Under the pieces are notes generated by a model that saw nothing but the letters and a program-made list of their open reading frames with translations, did not search any database and was not told the DNA's origin. From an uncultured bacterium (lineage in GTDB: Bacteria; Patescibacteriota; Microgenomatia; Levybacterales; UBA12049), in the NCBI GenBank assembly GCA_963826535.1, contig CAWGXL010000011.1, forward strand, positions 803,521 through 867,520: DNA of 64,000 nt, in the 5' to 3' direction. Position 1 is the first letter of the stretch. The number at the start of each line of letters is the position of its first letter. Of this stretch, positions 55,892 through 64,000 are shown piece by piece. Position numbers and translations under genes: made by a program.

Positions 55892-57217
55892 ATGATAGCG
55901 ATATTCAAAAAGTATTTATATTTTCCGGTTGCTTGGTATTTCCGGTTCTTTGCTGGTATTAGGTTGCGCCGTTGGTCTCCGCGGATTGTGGTTGTAACGG
56001 GTTCCAATGGAAAGACAACGCTGCTTCATTTGCTCGAGGCGCAATTTGGAAGTAAGGCTAAGTATTCACATCATGCCAATAGCAGCTTTGGGATTCCCTT
56101 TGATATTCTTGGTCTGCGAAGGACTAAATTATTTAAGTCGGAATGGATAGGATTATTTTTTCGGGCGCCATTTAGAGCTTTTTTATCTCCTTTTCAAGAA
56201 AAAATATATATAGTTGAAGCTGATGTTGACAGACCGGGAGAAGGGAAATTTCTTGCTTCATTTTTAAAACCTGAAGTTGTATTGTGGATTAGTTTGGGGA
56301 GGACACATGGCATGAATTTTGAAAAACTCGTAAGACAGAAAAAATTTCAAACTGTTGAGGAAGCTATTGCTTTTGAATTTGGATTTTTTTTGGAATATTG
56401 TCAAAAACTTGCGTTAATTAATGGAGATTCACCATTGATAGTTAAGCAAACTAAAAGATTAAGAGTTGATGCAAAAATAATTAAAAAAAATGAACGTTTT
56501 GTAAAATATGAAGTGGATCTGGCCGGAACAAATTTTCAAATTGATGGAAGTAGATATATATTTGAGGGATTACTACCGGAAGAGATATTTTATTCGATTG
56601 TTATGTGCAAAAGCGTACTGGAGTATTTTGATCTACCGTTTGATCAATCATTTTCAAAATTAGTATTACCACCTGGAAGAAGTTCGATTTTTCAAGGAAT
56701 TCGTGGGGTTACAATTGTGGATAGTAGTTATAACGCAAATCTCTCATCAATGAATACAATTTTGCTTATGTATGATAAATTTCTCGCAACTCATAAATGG
56801 GGAGTGCTTGGAGATATGTTGGAACAAGGAGAAGGTGAGCAGAAAGAACATGAGAGATTGGCTGAATTGATTGGGCTTTATGATTTTGAGAGAATTATTT
56901 TGATGGGGCCGAGGGTGAGTAAGTATACATATCCGGTATTAATTCAAAAGTCAAAAGTCAAAAGTCAAAATCACAACTCAAAAGTAAAAAGTGATAACGA
57001 CAAGAGGGAAGATCTAGTTATAGAGAAGTTTTTGGGGCCGAGGGAGACGTTGGATTATTTATTGGCGAATTTGCGAGGAGGGGAGACGATACTTTTTAAG
57101 GGTGCGAGATTTATGGAGGGAATTATTGAGAATTTATTGTTGGATAAAAAAGATAAAGTGAAGTTGTCCCGACGGGAAGAGGTTTGGGAGAAAAGGAGGA
57201 AGGGATGGGGATTATGA
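55892..57217 (+). CDS. murF: Mur ligase, MurF-like
   Basis: VTGSNGKTT, PPGR, DSSYNAN, LGDMLE, ILFKG. Confidence 0.85.
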   Translation: MIAIFKKYLYFPVAWYFRFFAGIRLRRWSPRIVVVTGSNGKTTLLHLLEAQFGSKAKYSHHANSSFGIPFDILGLRRTKLFKSEWIGLFFRAPFRAFLSPFQEKIYIVEADVDRPGEGKFLASFLKPEVVLWISLGRTHGMNFEKLVRQKKFQTVEEAIAFEFGFFLEYCQKLALINGDSPLIVKQTKRLRVDAKIIKKNERFVKYEVDLAGTNFQIDGSRYIFEGLLPEEIFYSIVMCKSVLEYFDLPFDQSFSKLVLPPGRSSIFQGIRGVTIVDSSYNANLSSMNTILLMYDKFLATHKWGVLGDMLEQGEGEQKEHERLAELIGLYDFERIILMGPRVSKYTYPVLIQKSKVKSQNHNSKVKSDNDKREDLVIEKFLGPRETLDYLLANLRGGETILFKGARFMEGIIENLLLDKKDKVKLSRREEVWEKRRKGWGL

Positions 57218-57954
57218 TTAGTTCAAAGTTCAAAGTTCAAAGTTCAAAGTTAAAAAATGAAAAAATTTATATTTTGCATGGGTGGGCGTATACTACTGAT
57301 AAGTGGCAGCCGTTGATTGAAAAACTTAGGAAAGAGGGAATTGAGGCTGTAATGCTTAAGATACCCGGGCTTACTGCACCACTCAATGAGGTTTGGAATC
57401 TCGATAATTATGTTGGCTGGTTGAAGGAAATATTGGATAAAGAAAACGATAGGGTGATTTTACTTGGGCACTCAAATGGCGGACGTATAGCTCTTACTTT
57501 TACTGCTAAATATCCTGAAAAAGTAAAACAATTAATTCTTATCGACAGCGCCGGAATTTATCATAACGAACTACCTATACAGATAAAGCGGTTTGTATTT
57601 GGGAATATCGCTAGGGTAGGACGCAAATTTACTAATTCTCAAACTTTGCGAAAATTACTCTATAAATTGACAAGAGAAAGTGATTATGAGAGAGCTAATC
57701 CATTGCTTCGAAAGACTATGCAGAATTTAGTTCGTACAGATATATCGGATTTATTTCCGCATATTCACTTACCTGTAACGATTATTTGGGGTGAGCTGGA
57801 TGAAATGACATCACTCTCTGATGGGAAAATTATGCATCAGAGCTTAAAGAATTCGACATTTCATGTTATTCGTGGGGCAAGACATTCACCCATGTTTACC
57901 CATGTAGAAGAGGTGGGGGAGATAATAATAAAAGTATTAAGTATTAAGTATTAA
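57214..57954 (+). CDS. alpha/beta hydrolase
   Basis: ILHGW, GHSNGG, WGELD, H near C-terminus. Confidence 0.9.
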   Translation: MISSKFKVQSSKLKNEKIYILHGWAYTTDKWQPLIEKLRKEGIEAVMLKIPGLTAPLNEVWNLDNYVGWLKEILDKENDRVILLGHSNGGRIALTFTAKYPEKVKQLILIDSAGIYHNELPIQIKRFVFGNIARVGRKFTNSQTLRKLLYKLTRESDYERANPLLRKTMQNLVRTDISDLFPHIHLPVTIIWGELDEMTSLSDGKIMHQSLKNSTFHVIRGARHSPMFTHVEEVGEIIIKVLSIKY

Positions 57955-57973
57955 GTATTAAGTATTAAGTATT
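57932..57973. repeat. perfect (AAGTATT)6 tandem repeat
   Basis: Six exact heptamers spanning the hydrolase stop and abutting ATG 57974. Confidence 0.95.
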
Positions 57974-59224
57974 ATGGCGATTTTTAATTCATTGGGATCA
58001 AATTATAGTTTTGGCCTTGCCTGCCGGCAGGCGGGTTTTGCAATACTGAGTTTATTCGCGAATGACAGTAAGAAGTGTGGTTTAAAACTCAGTAAATTTT
58101 TGGAGGAAAAATATGGCGGGCAGGTTTTATTGACATATAAAGGGCGAGAAGCCCTTCGACTGGCTTTTAGGGCAATTAATCAGAAGGGTGCCGAGGTTGG
58201 TATTTGTGGATTTACTTGTTATGCGGTATACGAAGCGGTTACTTTGGAGGGTTACAAGGTACGGTATTTGGATATAGCAGAGGGAGATTTGAATTTTTCT
58301 TTTGCTAATCTCGTGCAAGGCATTAAAAAATATCCATTAATAAAAGTGATTATAATTCAGAATACTCTTGGTTATCCTTGCGAGATAGAGAAGATTGCGA
58401 AATATTGTAAAGAAAAAGGGATTATTTTAATTGAGGATTTGGCGCATTCGATTGGAGCAAAATATGAAGATGGAAGGGAAGTAGGAACTGTTGGTGATTT
58501 TACGGTGTTGTCTTTTAGTCAGGACAAGATGGTTGATGGAATTTCAGGGGGAGCGGTAATAGTTAAAAGTTCAAAGTTCAAAATTCCCCACAAGAGGACT
58601 ACCTTCTTCGAAGGGTCGCAAAGTTTGGAACTTGGAGAATTACCTATGAGTCAACAGACAAGGGATAGATTTTATCCGTTATTTACTTGGATTATTAGAA
58701 AGACTTATGAATTTGGATTGGGGAAATTGTTGCATGCTTTTCTAAAAAAATTTAATTTGCTTTCCCAGCCGATGAGCAATTTGGATAAAGACATAATTTA
58801 TGGATTGCCGGATTGGTATTGCTGTTTAATTTATAGGCAATTTAGAAGCATGGAAGGTGATTTGAATCATCGAAGAAAGATAGCATCAGTGTACGCGGAT
58901 AGACTCAAAAAGGATGTTTTGTCTAGTATACTAGTCAGAAAAATACCTAAGGCGGCGAATTTGCGTTTTCCGATTTTTGTTGCGAATAGGAGTAATCTTG
59001 TTGAATTTTTGAAGAAGAAATATATTTTCGTATCAGATATTTGGTATGATGCACCGATTGCGCCGAAAAAATATTTACATATGACAGATTATAAAAATCA
59101 GTGTCCAAATGCGGAAAAAATTTCTAAAGAGATATTAAATCTGCCGACACATAGGAATGTGAGCGAGATGGACGCGAAATTTATTGCTGAAAAAGTGAAT
59201 GAATGGGTGGAAGGAAAAACTTGA
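57974..59224 (+). CDS. DegT/DnrJ/EryC1/StrS PLP aminotransferase
   Basis: GREAL, IEDLAHSIG, SFSQDK, ILNLPTH. Confidence 0.9.
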   Translation: MAIFNSLGSNYSFGLACRQAGFAILSLFANDSKKCGLKLSKFLEEKYGGQVLLTYKGREALRLAFRAINQKGAEVGICGFTCYAVYEAVTLEGYKVRYLDIAEGDLNFSFANLVQGIKKYPLIKVIIIQNTLGYPCEIEKIAKYCKEKGIILIEDLAHSIGAKYEDGREVGTVGDFTVLSFSQDKMVDGISGGAVIVKSSKFKIPHKRTTFFEGSQSLELGELPMSQQTRDRFYPLFTWIIRKTYEFGLGKLLHAFLKKFNLLSQPMSNLDKDIIYGLPDWYCCLIYRQFRSMEGDLNHRRKIASVYADRLKKDVLSSILVRKIPKAANLRFPIFVANRSNLVEFLKKKYIFVSDIWYDAPIAPKKYLHMTDYKNQCPNAEKISKEILNLPTHRNVSEMDAKFIAEKVNEWVEGKT

Positions 59225-59225
59225 A

Positions 59226-60251
59226 ATGTCGAGTATAACTATAAAACCAGTAGAAAATGAGAAGGAGTGGGAAAATTTTCTTGATAAACATGATGAGGCT
59301 AATTTTCTTCAGTCATGGTATTGGGGCGAATTTCATAGGAAGTTGGGAAAAGATGTTGTCAGACGCGGATTTTATCGTGATAAGCAACTAGTTGGCGCGA
59401 TGCTTTCAATAGTTGAAAATGCTAAGAGGGGGAGATATTTGACTGTGCCGGGTGGGCCGATTATTGATTGGGAGGATGAGTTATTGGTTGATGCTGCATT
59501 TGTTGAAATGAAGCGGGAGGCACTCGAGATGGATTGTGTTTTTGTCCGTATACGGCCGCAGCTTGTCACAGATGATTCAGTAAAAAAGAAATTTAGGCAG
59601 TATGGATGCAAAGATTCGCCTATGCATTTACACGCAGAGCTTTCGAATATATTGGATATTACTAAATCAGAAGAGGAGTTGTCGGCACAGATGAGAAAGA
59701 CTACAAGATATGAAATAAGAAAGGCTCAAAATTTATCAATAATGATTGAGAAAAGTAAAGATGAAAAATCCATAAAAGCATTTTATGATCTACAGATTGA
59801 AACCGCCAAGCGGCAGAAGTTTGTGCCTTTTTCATTTTCTTTTTTTCGGGAGCAATTTAAGGTATTCTTTGAATCGGATCGCGGGCTTTTATACACTGCT
59901 TTATATGATGGGAAAGTATTGGCACAGGCATTTATTATTTTTTACGGTGCTGAGGCGGTTTATCATTATGGGGCGAGTACTGATGAGGGGAGGAAGTATC
60001 CGGGAGCTTATCTTCTCCAATGGGAAGCGATTAAAGAGGCGAAGCGGCGAGGGATGAGGCGATATAATTTTTGGGGAGTAGCTCCCCTTGAGGCAAAGGA
60101 TCACAGGTTTTATGGAGTGTCGGTGTTTAAGAGAGGGTTTGGAGGACAGGATGTTTCGTATTTGCACGCGCAGGATTTAGTAATTGATAAGTTTCGGTAT
60201 TTGATTAATTATTTGGTTGAGATGGTTAGGAAGAGAATAAGGAAGGTGTAA
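59226..60251 (+). CDS. FemAB/FemX family peptidoglycan bridge transferase
   Basis: FLQSWYWG, PGGP, TRYEIRKA, YHYGAS, YNFWG, FKRGFGG. Confidence 0.92.
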   Translation: MSSITIKPVENEKEWENFLDKHDEANFLQSWYWGEFHRKLGKDVVRRGFYRDKQLVGAMLSIVENAKRGRYLTVPGGPIIDWEDELLVDAAFVEMKREALEMDCVFVRIRPQLVTDDSVKKKFRQYGCKDSPMHLHAELSNILDITKSEEELSAQMRKTTRYEIRKAQNLSIMIEKSKDEKSIKAFYDLQIETAKRQKFVPFSFSFFREQFKVFFESDRGLLYTALYDGKVLAQAFIIFYGAEAVYHYGASTDEGRKYPGAYLLQWEAIKEAKRRGMRRYNFWGVAPLEAKDHRFYGVSVFKRGFGGQDVSYLHAQDLVIDKFRYLINYLVEMVRKRIRKV

Positions 60252-60266
60252 GTAGGCGTAAAATAT

Positions 60267-60737
60267 TTAATATAAATCGTCTTTTTCTTGAGCAGGTTGT
60301 TCTTTTTTGTTCATACATGTCATTGAAGCAAATCCTACTAAAAGTCCTCCTACAGCAAGGGCCGAATCTAATAGAAATCTAGGCATATTTTCTGATCTCG
60401 CTTTCGAAGATTCTCTGTCGTATGCTATAGTATCTCTTACTCTTTTTAGAATTCCACTTTTTTTAGTTTGTGATAAAACAGTTTCTTCGTGTGCCCCACC
60501 TGCGCATATTTCTAGTCCTTTTCCTAATTCTTTTGCAGAAAGTGGATCATATTCATTACGTAGTTCTATATCTCTATTGATAAGATTATTCGTAGTAATA
60601 ATGCTGTCAACTGTACCTCCTAGCGCAAGCGCTGCTCCTGCACCAAGAGTAATTTCTAAAAAATCCCTTCGGGATTGAGATTTCAATCCATTTGATTCGT
60701 TTGGATTGGGTTGTCTACCGCCTTCTGGATTTGACAT
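60267..60737 (-). CDS. membrane protein with twin-arginine-like motif
   Basis: SRRDFL followed by a hydrophobic stretch; second TM at C-terminus. Confidence 0.6.
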   Translation of the reverse strand: MSNPEGGRQPNPNESNGLKSQSRRDFLEITLGAGAALALGGTVDSIITTNNLINRDIELRNEYDPLSAKELGKGLEICAGGAHEETVLSQTKKSGILKRVRDTIAYDRESSKARSENMPRFLLDSALAVGGLLVGFASMTCMNKKEQPAQEKDDLY

Positions 60738-60839
60738 GATGAGATTTTAGACAATGGTTGTGTGTTTGTCAATGATTTATAGTTACTATTTTATTTAAGC
60801 GATTTTTGAAAAAATGATATGTAGTATAATGTTTTCTAT

Positions 60840-61433
60840 ATGAAATTGATTGTGCTTGCTTCTACATCTTCGAGAAGGAAAACTTTGTTGAAACAATTGG
60901 GTTTGGAATTTATTGTTATATCGAGTAAGGTTTCGGAAAAATTAAATCCGCGGTTGAAACCGAAAGGTCAGGCAGAGGCGTTGTCGCTGCAGAAGGCCAT
61001 GGCGGTCGCAGATATTTATAGACACACAAAAAATGGTGGGTCGCCGCTTATTATTGGGGCAGATACAATAGTTTCGATTGACGATGAAATATTGGGAAAA
61101 CCAAAATCCGCGCGAGAAGCAAAACGGATGCTTAAGAAACTAAGCGGAAAGATACATTGTGTTATTACGGGTTTTACAATTATTGATATGGGTTCTAGAA
61201 AAATAGTAACAAAGTCAATTGAAACTGTTGTGCATTTTAAAAAATTAAACGTGTTGGAAATTAGTGAATATATAAAAAAGGAGAAATTTTTGGATATAGC
61301 AGGTTCTTACGCGATACAGGGATTAGGTGCGGTTTTTGTTGAGAAAATAGATGGTGATTATTTTAATGTGGTTGGATTGCCACTGCATGCATTGACAGTG
61401 GAACTGCGGAAGTTTGGGGTGGAGGTTTTATAG
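60840..61433 (+). CDS. maf: Maf family nucleotide pyrophosphatase
   Basis: LAS.S.RR, IIGADT, LGKP, AGSYAIQG, NVVGLP. Confidence 0.93.
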   Translation: MKLIVLASTSSRRKTLLKQLGLEFIVISSKVSEKLNPRLKPKGQAEALSLQKAMAVADIYRHTKNGGSPLIIGADTIVSIDDEILGKPKSAREAKRMLKKLSGKIHCVITGFTIIDMGSRKIVTKSIETVVHFKKLNVLEISEYIKKEKFLDIAGSYAIQGLGAVFVEKIDGDYFNVVGLPLHALTVELRKFGVEVL

Positions 61434-61464
61434 ACGTAAGACTTAAGACTATGATGTAAGATTT

Positions 61465-62235
61465 ATGATTGGTAAAAAGAAAGAATATAAGGCGTTGATG
61501 TTGGATTTGGATGGGACAACTATTCCTAATAAACGAGATGGGAGACCTTCTAAGAAAGTTATTGAGGCGGTTACGAAGGCACAAAGGAAACTTCATGTAG
61601 GGGTGGTAACTGGTAGGCCATTTCCTTATGCAAAGCAGATTGTTCGTGAATTGGGACTAACTGGGCCTTCAATAATGGCAAGCGGAGCAGAGATTATTGA
61701 TGTTGAAACGGGTAAGCTATTATGGTCGAGAAAGATTTCTGCGCAGGCAACTAAAGCAGTTCTAGATTTATTTGAGAAGAGGGCCTTGAAACTGTCTATC
61801 TATGATAGTGATCGCTATAAGAATCAAGAAGAGTTTGATCCGAGAAACCCTCCCAACGTTCCTTTTGTAATCTCTGTTCAAGATTTACCTTTATCATTGA
61901 GTGACAATATTTTTGCAGATCTAAATCATCTTACTGATATTGCAGTGCAAAAAATAGTTGGATGGAAGCCTGATACGGTTTGGTTATCAATTACTCATAT
62001 AGAGGCAACTAAGCAACTTGGTATTTTTGAGATTGCAAAAATATTGGAAATTGAGACGCATGAAATTATTGGAGTAGGTGAGGGATATAATGATTTTCCA
62101 TTACTGATGGCATGCGGATTGCGGGTCGCGATGGGGAATGCGGTTGAGGAGTTGAAAGAGATAGCGGATTATATAGCACCGTCTGTAATGGACGACGGAG
62201 TGGTTGATGTTATAAATAAATTTGTTTTGAGGTAG
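61465..62235 (+). CDS. Cof-type HAD-IIB hydrolase
   Basis: LDLDGT, VTGR, GEGYND, AMGNA, DGV. Confidence 0.9.
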   Translation: MIGKKKEYKALMLDLDGTTIPNKRDGRPSKKVIEAVTKAQRKLHVGVVTGRPFPYAKQIVRELGLTGPSIMASGAEIIDVETGKLLWSRKISAQATKAVLDLFEKRALKLSIYDSDRYKNQEEFDPRNPPNVPFVISVQDLPLSLSDNIFADLNHLTDIAVQKIVGWKPDTVWLSITHIEATKQLGIFEIAKILEIETHEIIGVGEGYNDFPLLMACGLRVAMGNAVEELKEIADYIAPSVMDDGVVDVINKFVLR

Positions 62236-62258
62236 ACTATTGTAAATCAAATAAAGGT

Positions 62259-63842
62259 GTGGTAGAAGTGGAAGATATGAAGAAATCTATAATGATTACG
62301 GATTTGGATTTGATAAAGCAAGACGCGGCAAATATTGTAATGGACGCAATACGCGCTAATCTCGTTTCTTATGTTGATGTCAGAATAGAAGCATCGGAAG
62401 GGGCCGGTTCTTATGTTGAGGATGATAATCCACGGCAAACAAGTAAGGATTGGGGTTTGTCATTGGGCGTTCGGGTAATTGGCGGAGATAAGTTTCACTC
62501 GTCAGGATTTTATGGAAGAGGTTTAGGTGTTGTTGATTTTCAAAATTTTACTACTGTGCTGCTTGAGGCATTAGAGATTGCTAGAGATCGTGCGATTTTA
62601 AATGCGAAATATAAGAGTGTTTTTAAGGATTCATACAAACTTTTTGGGAAAACGGTTCAGGCAGTAAAGCTTGCTCCAATCGAAGTGAATCATACAGTCG
62701 TGGCTCCGGAATTTGAAATTGATCCGCGTAAGGTAACTCCAAAACAAATTACTGACTATGCTATGCAGGCGGCACAAGCAGCGAAAAACCATCATTCATT
62801 TGTGAAGAGGGTTGAAGTCGCGATAAATACCTCGATAAGCCGGCAAATGTTTATTTCTTCTGAGGGGGCAATGATTGATCAAGGCACATGTAGTAGTGGA
62901 GGGACAGTTTTTATTGTAAGCGCAAACGATTCGGGTGATAAGCCGGTTGATCTTTATCATCACACAGGTAATCAATTGGGATTTGAGGCATTAACAAAGG
63001 GGAAGAATGCACATGGACTGACATTTGAAAAATTTGCAAGACATATAGCAGATGAGACAGTACAGCTTTGTAATGCTAAACCCGCACCTGCGATAGATAA
63101 GCCTGCGACAGTTGTACTTGATCCTGATCTTGTAGCACTTTTTGCACATGAGATTATCGGGCATCCATCGGAATTGGATAGGGTACTTAAATGGGAAACA
63201 GGGTATGCAGGAAGGTCCTGGTTTTTTAAAGATTTAGAGAATAATATGATTGGTCAACAGGTCGGTTCTCCAATTCTCACTGCATTTTCCGATCCGACTC
63301 TAAAGGGTGGCTACGGACATTATCTTTATGATGATGAGGGAACTAAGGCAAAACGTGTGTATCATATAAATAATGGGGTATATCAGGATTTTATGAATAG
63401 CCGGCAGACAGCGGCAGTTTTGGATGTTGAGCCGAACGGGCATTATAAAGCGAATGATGCATCAGTAGTACCACTTATCCGTATGTCAGTATCGGCAATT
63501 GCAGCCGGTAAATCTGATCCAAAGAAAATTATCTCGGAAGTAGAACATGGATATTATGCAGTCGGTCATAGAATCCCATCTATTTCCGAGTCACGGGAGA
63601 ATTTCCAAATTGCGCCGCGTCTGATTTACGAGATCAAAAATGGACAAATTGGGCAGGTATACCGGAATGGTCGCATAACCTCCGATTCAAAAAACTTTTT
63701 TATGTCAATTGACGCGCTTGGAAATGACTTTAATATTTTTCCTATACCTAACTGCGGTAAAGGTCAGCCTATGCAAGCGAAGCAGGTCGGAAATGGGGGT
63801 CCGACAGCGAGGGGAAAAGCTAAAATCGCCAGAGGGGATTAG
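62259..63842 (+). CDS. tldD: TldD family metalloprotease
   Basis: GLGVRV-like motif, HEIIGHPSE, YDDEG, CGKGQP.Q. Confidence 0.9.
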   Translation: MVEVEDMKKSIMITDLDLIKQDAANIVMDAIRANLVSYVDVRIEASEGAGSYVEDDNPRQTSKDWGLSLGVRVIGGDKFHSSGFYGRGLGVVDFQNFTTVLLEALEIARDRAILNAKYKSVFKDSYKLFGKTVQAVKLAPIEVNHTVVAPEFEIDPRKVTPKQITDYAMQAAQAAKNHHSFVKRVEVAINTSISRQMFISSEGAMIDQGTCSSGGTVFIVSANDSGDKPVDLYHHTGNQLGFEALTKGKNAHGLTFEKFARHIADETVQLCNAKPAPAIDKPATVVLDPDLVALFAHEIIGHPSELDRVLKWETGYAGRSWFFKDLENNMIGQQVGSPILTAFSDPTLKGGYGHYLYDDEGTKAKRVYHINNGVYQDFMNSRQTAAVLDVEPNGHYKANDASVVPLIRMSVSAIAAGKSDPKKIISEVEHGYYAVGHRIPSISESRENFQIAPRLIYEIKNGQIGQVYRNGRITSDSKNFFMSIDALGNDFNIFPIPNCGKGQPMQAKQVGNGGPTARGKAKIARGD

Positions 63843-63898
63843 TAGTTAGCTGTCAGCTTTCAGCTATCAGCAATTAGATTTTATTTTAAACGAAGTTT

Positions 63899-64000
63899 AT
63901 GGTTGATTTGAAAAATTTACAAAAAGTTACAAAAGAGGGATTGGATATTCTAAAGAAAGAAAAGGGATTGATAGAAGGTGTGGTTTATGCTTCGGCGAAT
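63899..64000 (+). CDS. 5' part of the next gene, possibly the TldE/PmbA partner
   Basis: Open frame MVDLKNLQK... to the window edge; identity inferred only from position after tldD. Confidence 0.45.
   Translation, partial: MVDLKNLQKVTKEGLDILKKEKGLIEGVVYASAN

Overview
AT-rich bacterial chromosome segment (translation table 11). Gene content and style suggest a CPR/Patescibacteria genome, probably Microgenomates (inference). Core genes include ychF, rpsF-ssb-rpsR, S41 and HtrA proteases, prfA-rpmE, hisG-hisS, an M24 peptidase, dnaB, a murF-femX cell-wall cluster, maf and tldD. One IS481-family element is present. Main observations: (1) An accessory array of short genes and toxin-antitoxin pairs (about 14-27 kb) upstream of ychF is punctuated by three stranded copies of the ychF 5' end, each with a promoter and different synonymous codons. 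A matching stranded 3' end of the M24 peptidase lies between two duplicated proteases. This suggests serial cassette capture by gene-end replacement, with no integrase visible in the window. (2) One cassette is a self-contained unit of a 279-aa protein followed by an atypical tRNA-like RNA (CCA anticodon, very long variable arm). (3) A His T-box riboswitch with an ultrashort Stem I and a terminator lies ahead of hisG-hisS. (4) Several families of small palindromic or periodic repeats occur between genes and in frame inside proteins: 7-mer-periodic hairpins, ATTCCC-N8-GGGAAT units around a GIY-YIG gene plus an empty copy, and a GC-rich element inside ychF. All calls were made by eye; no database searches were run.
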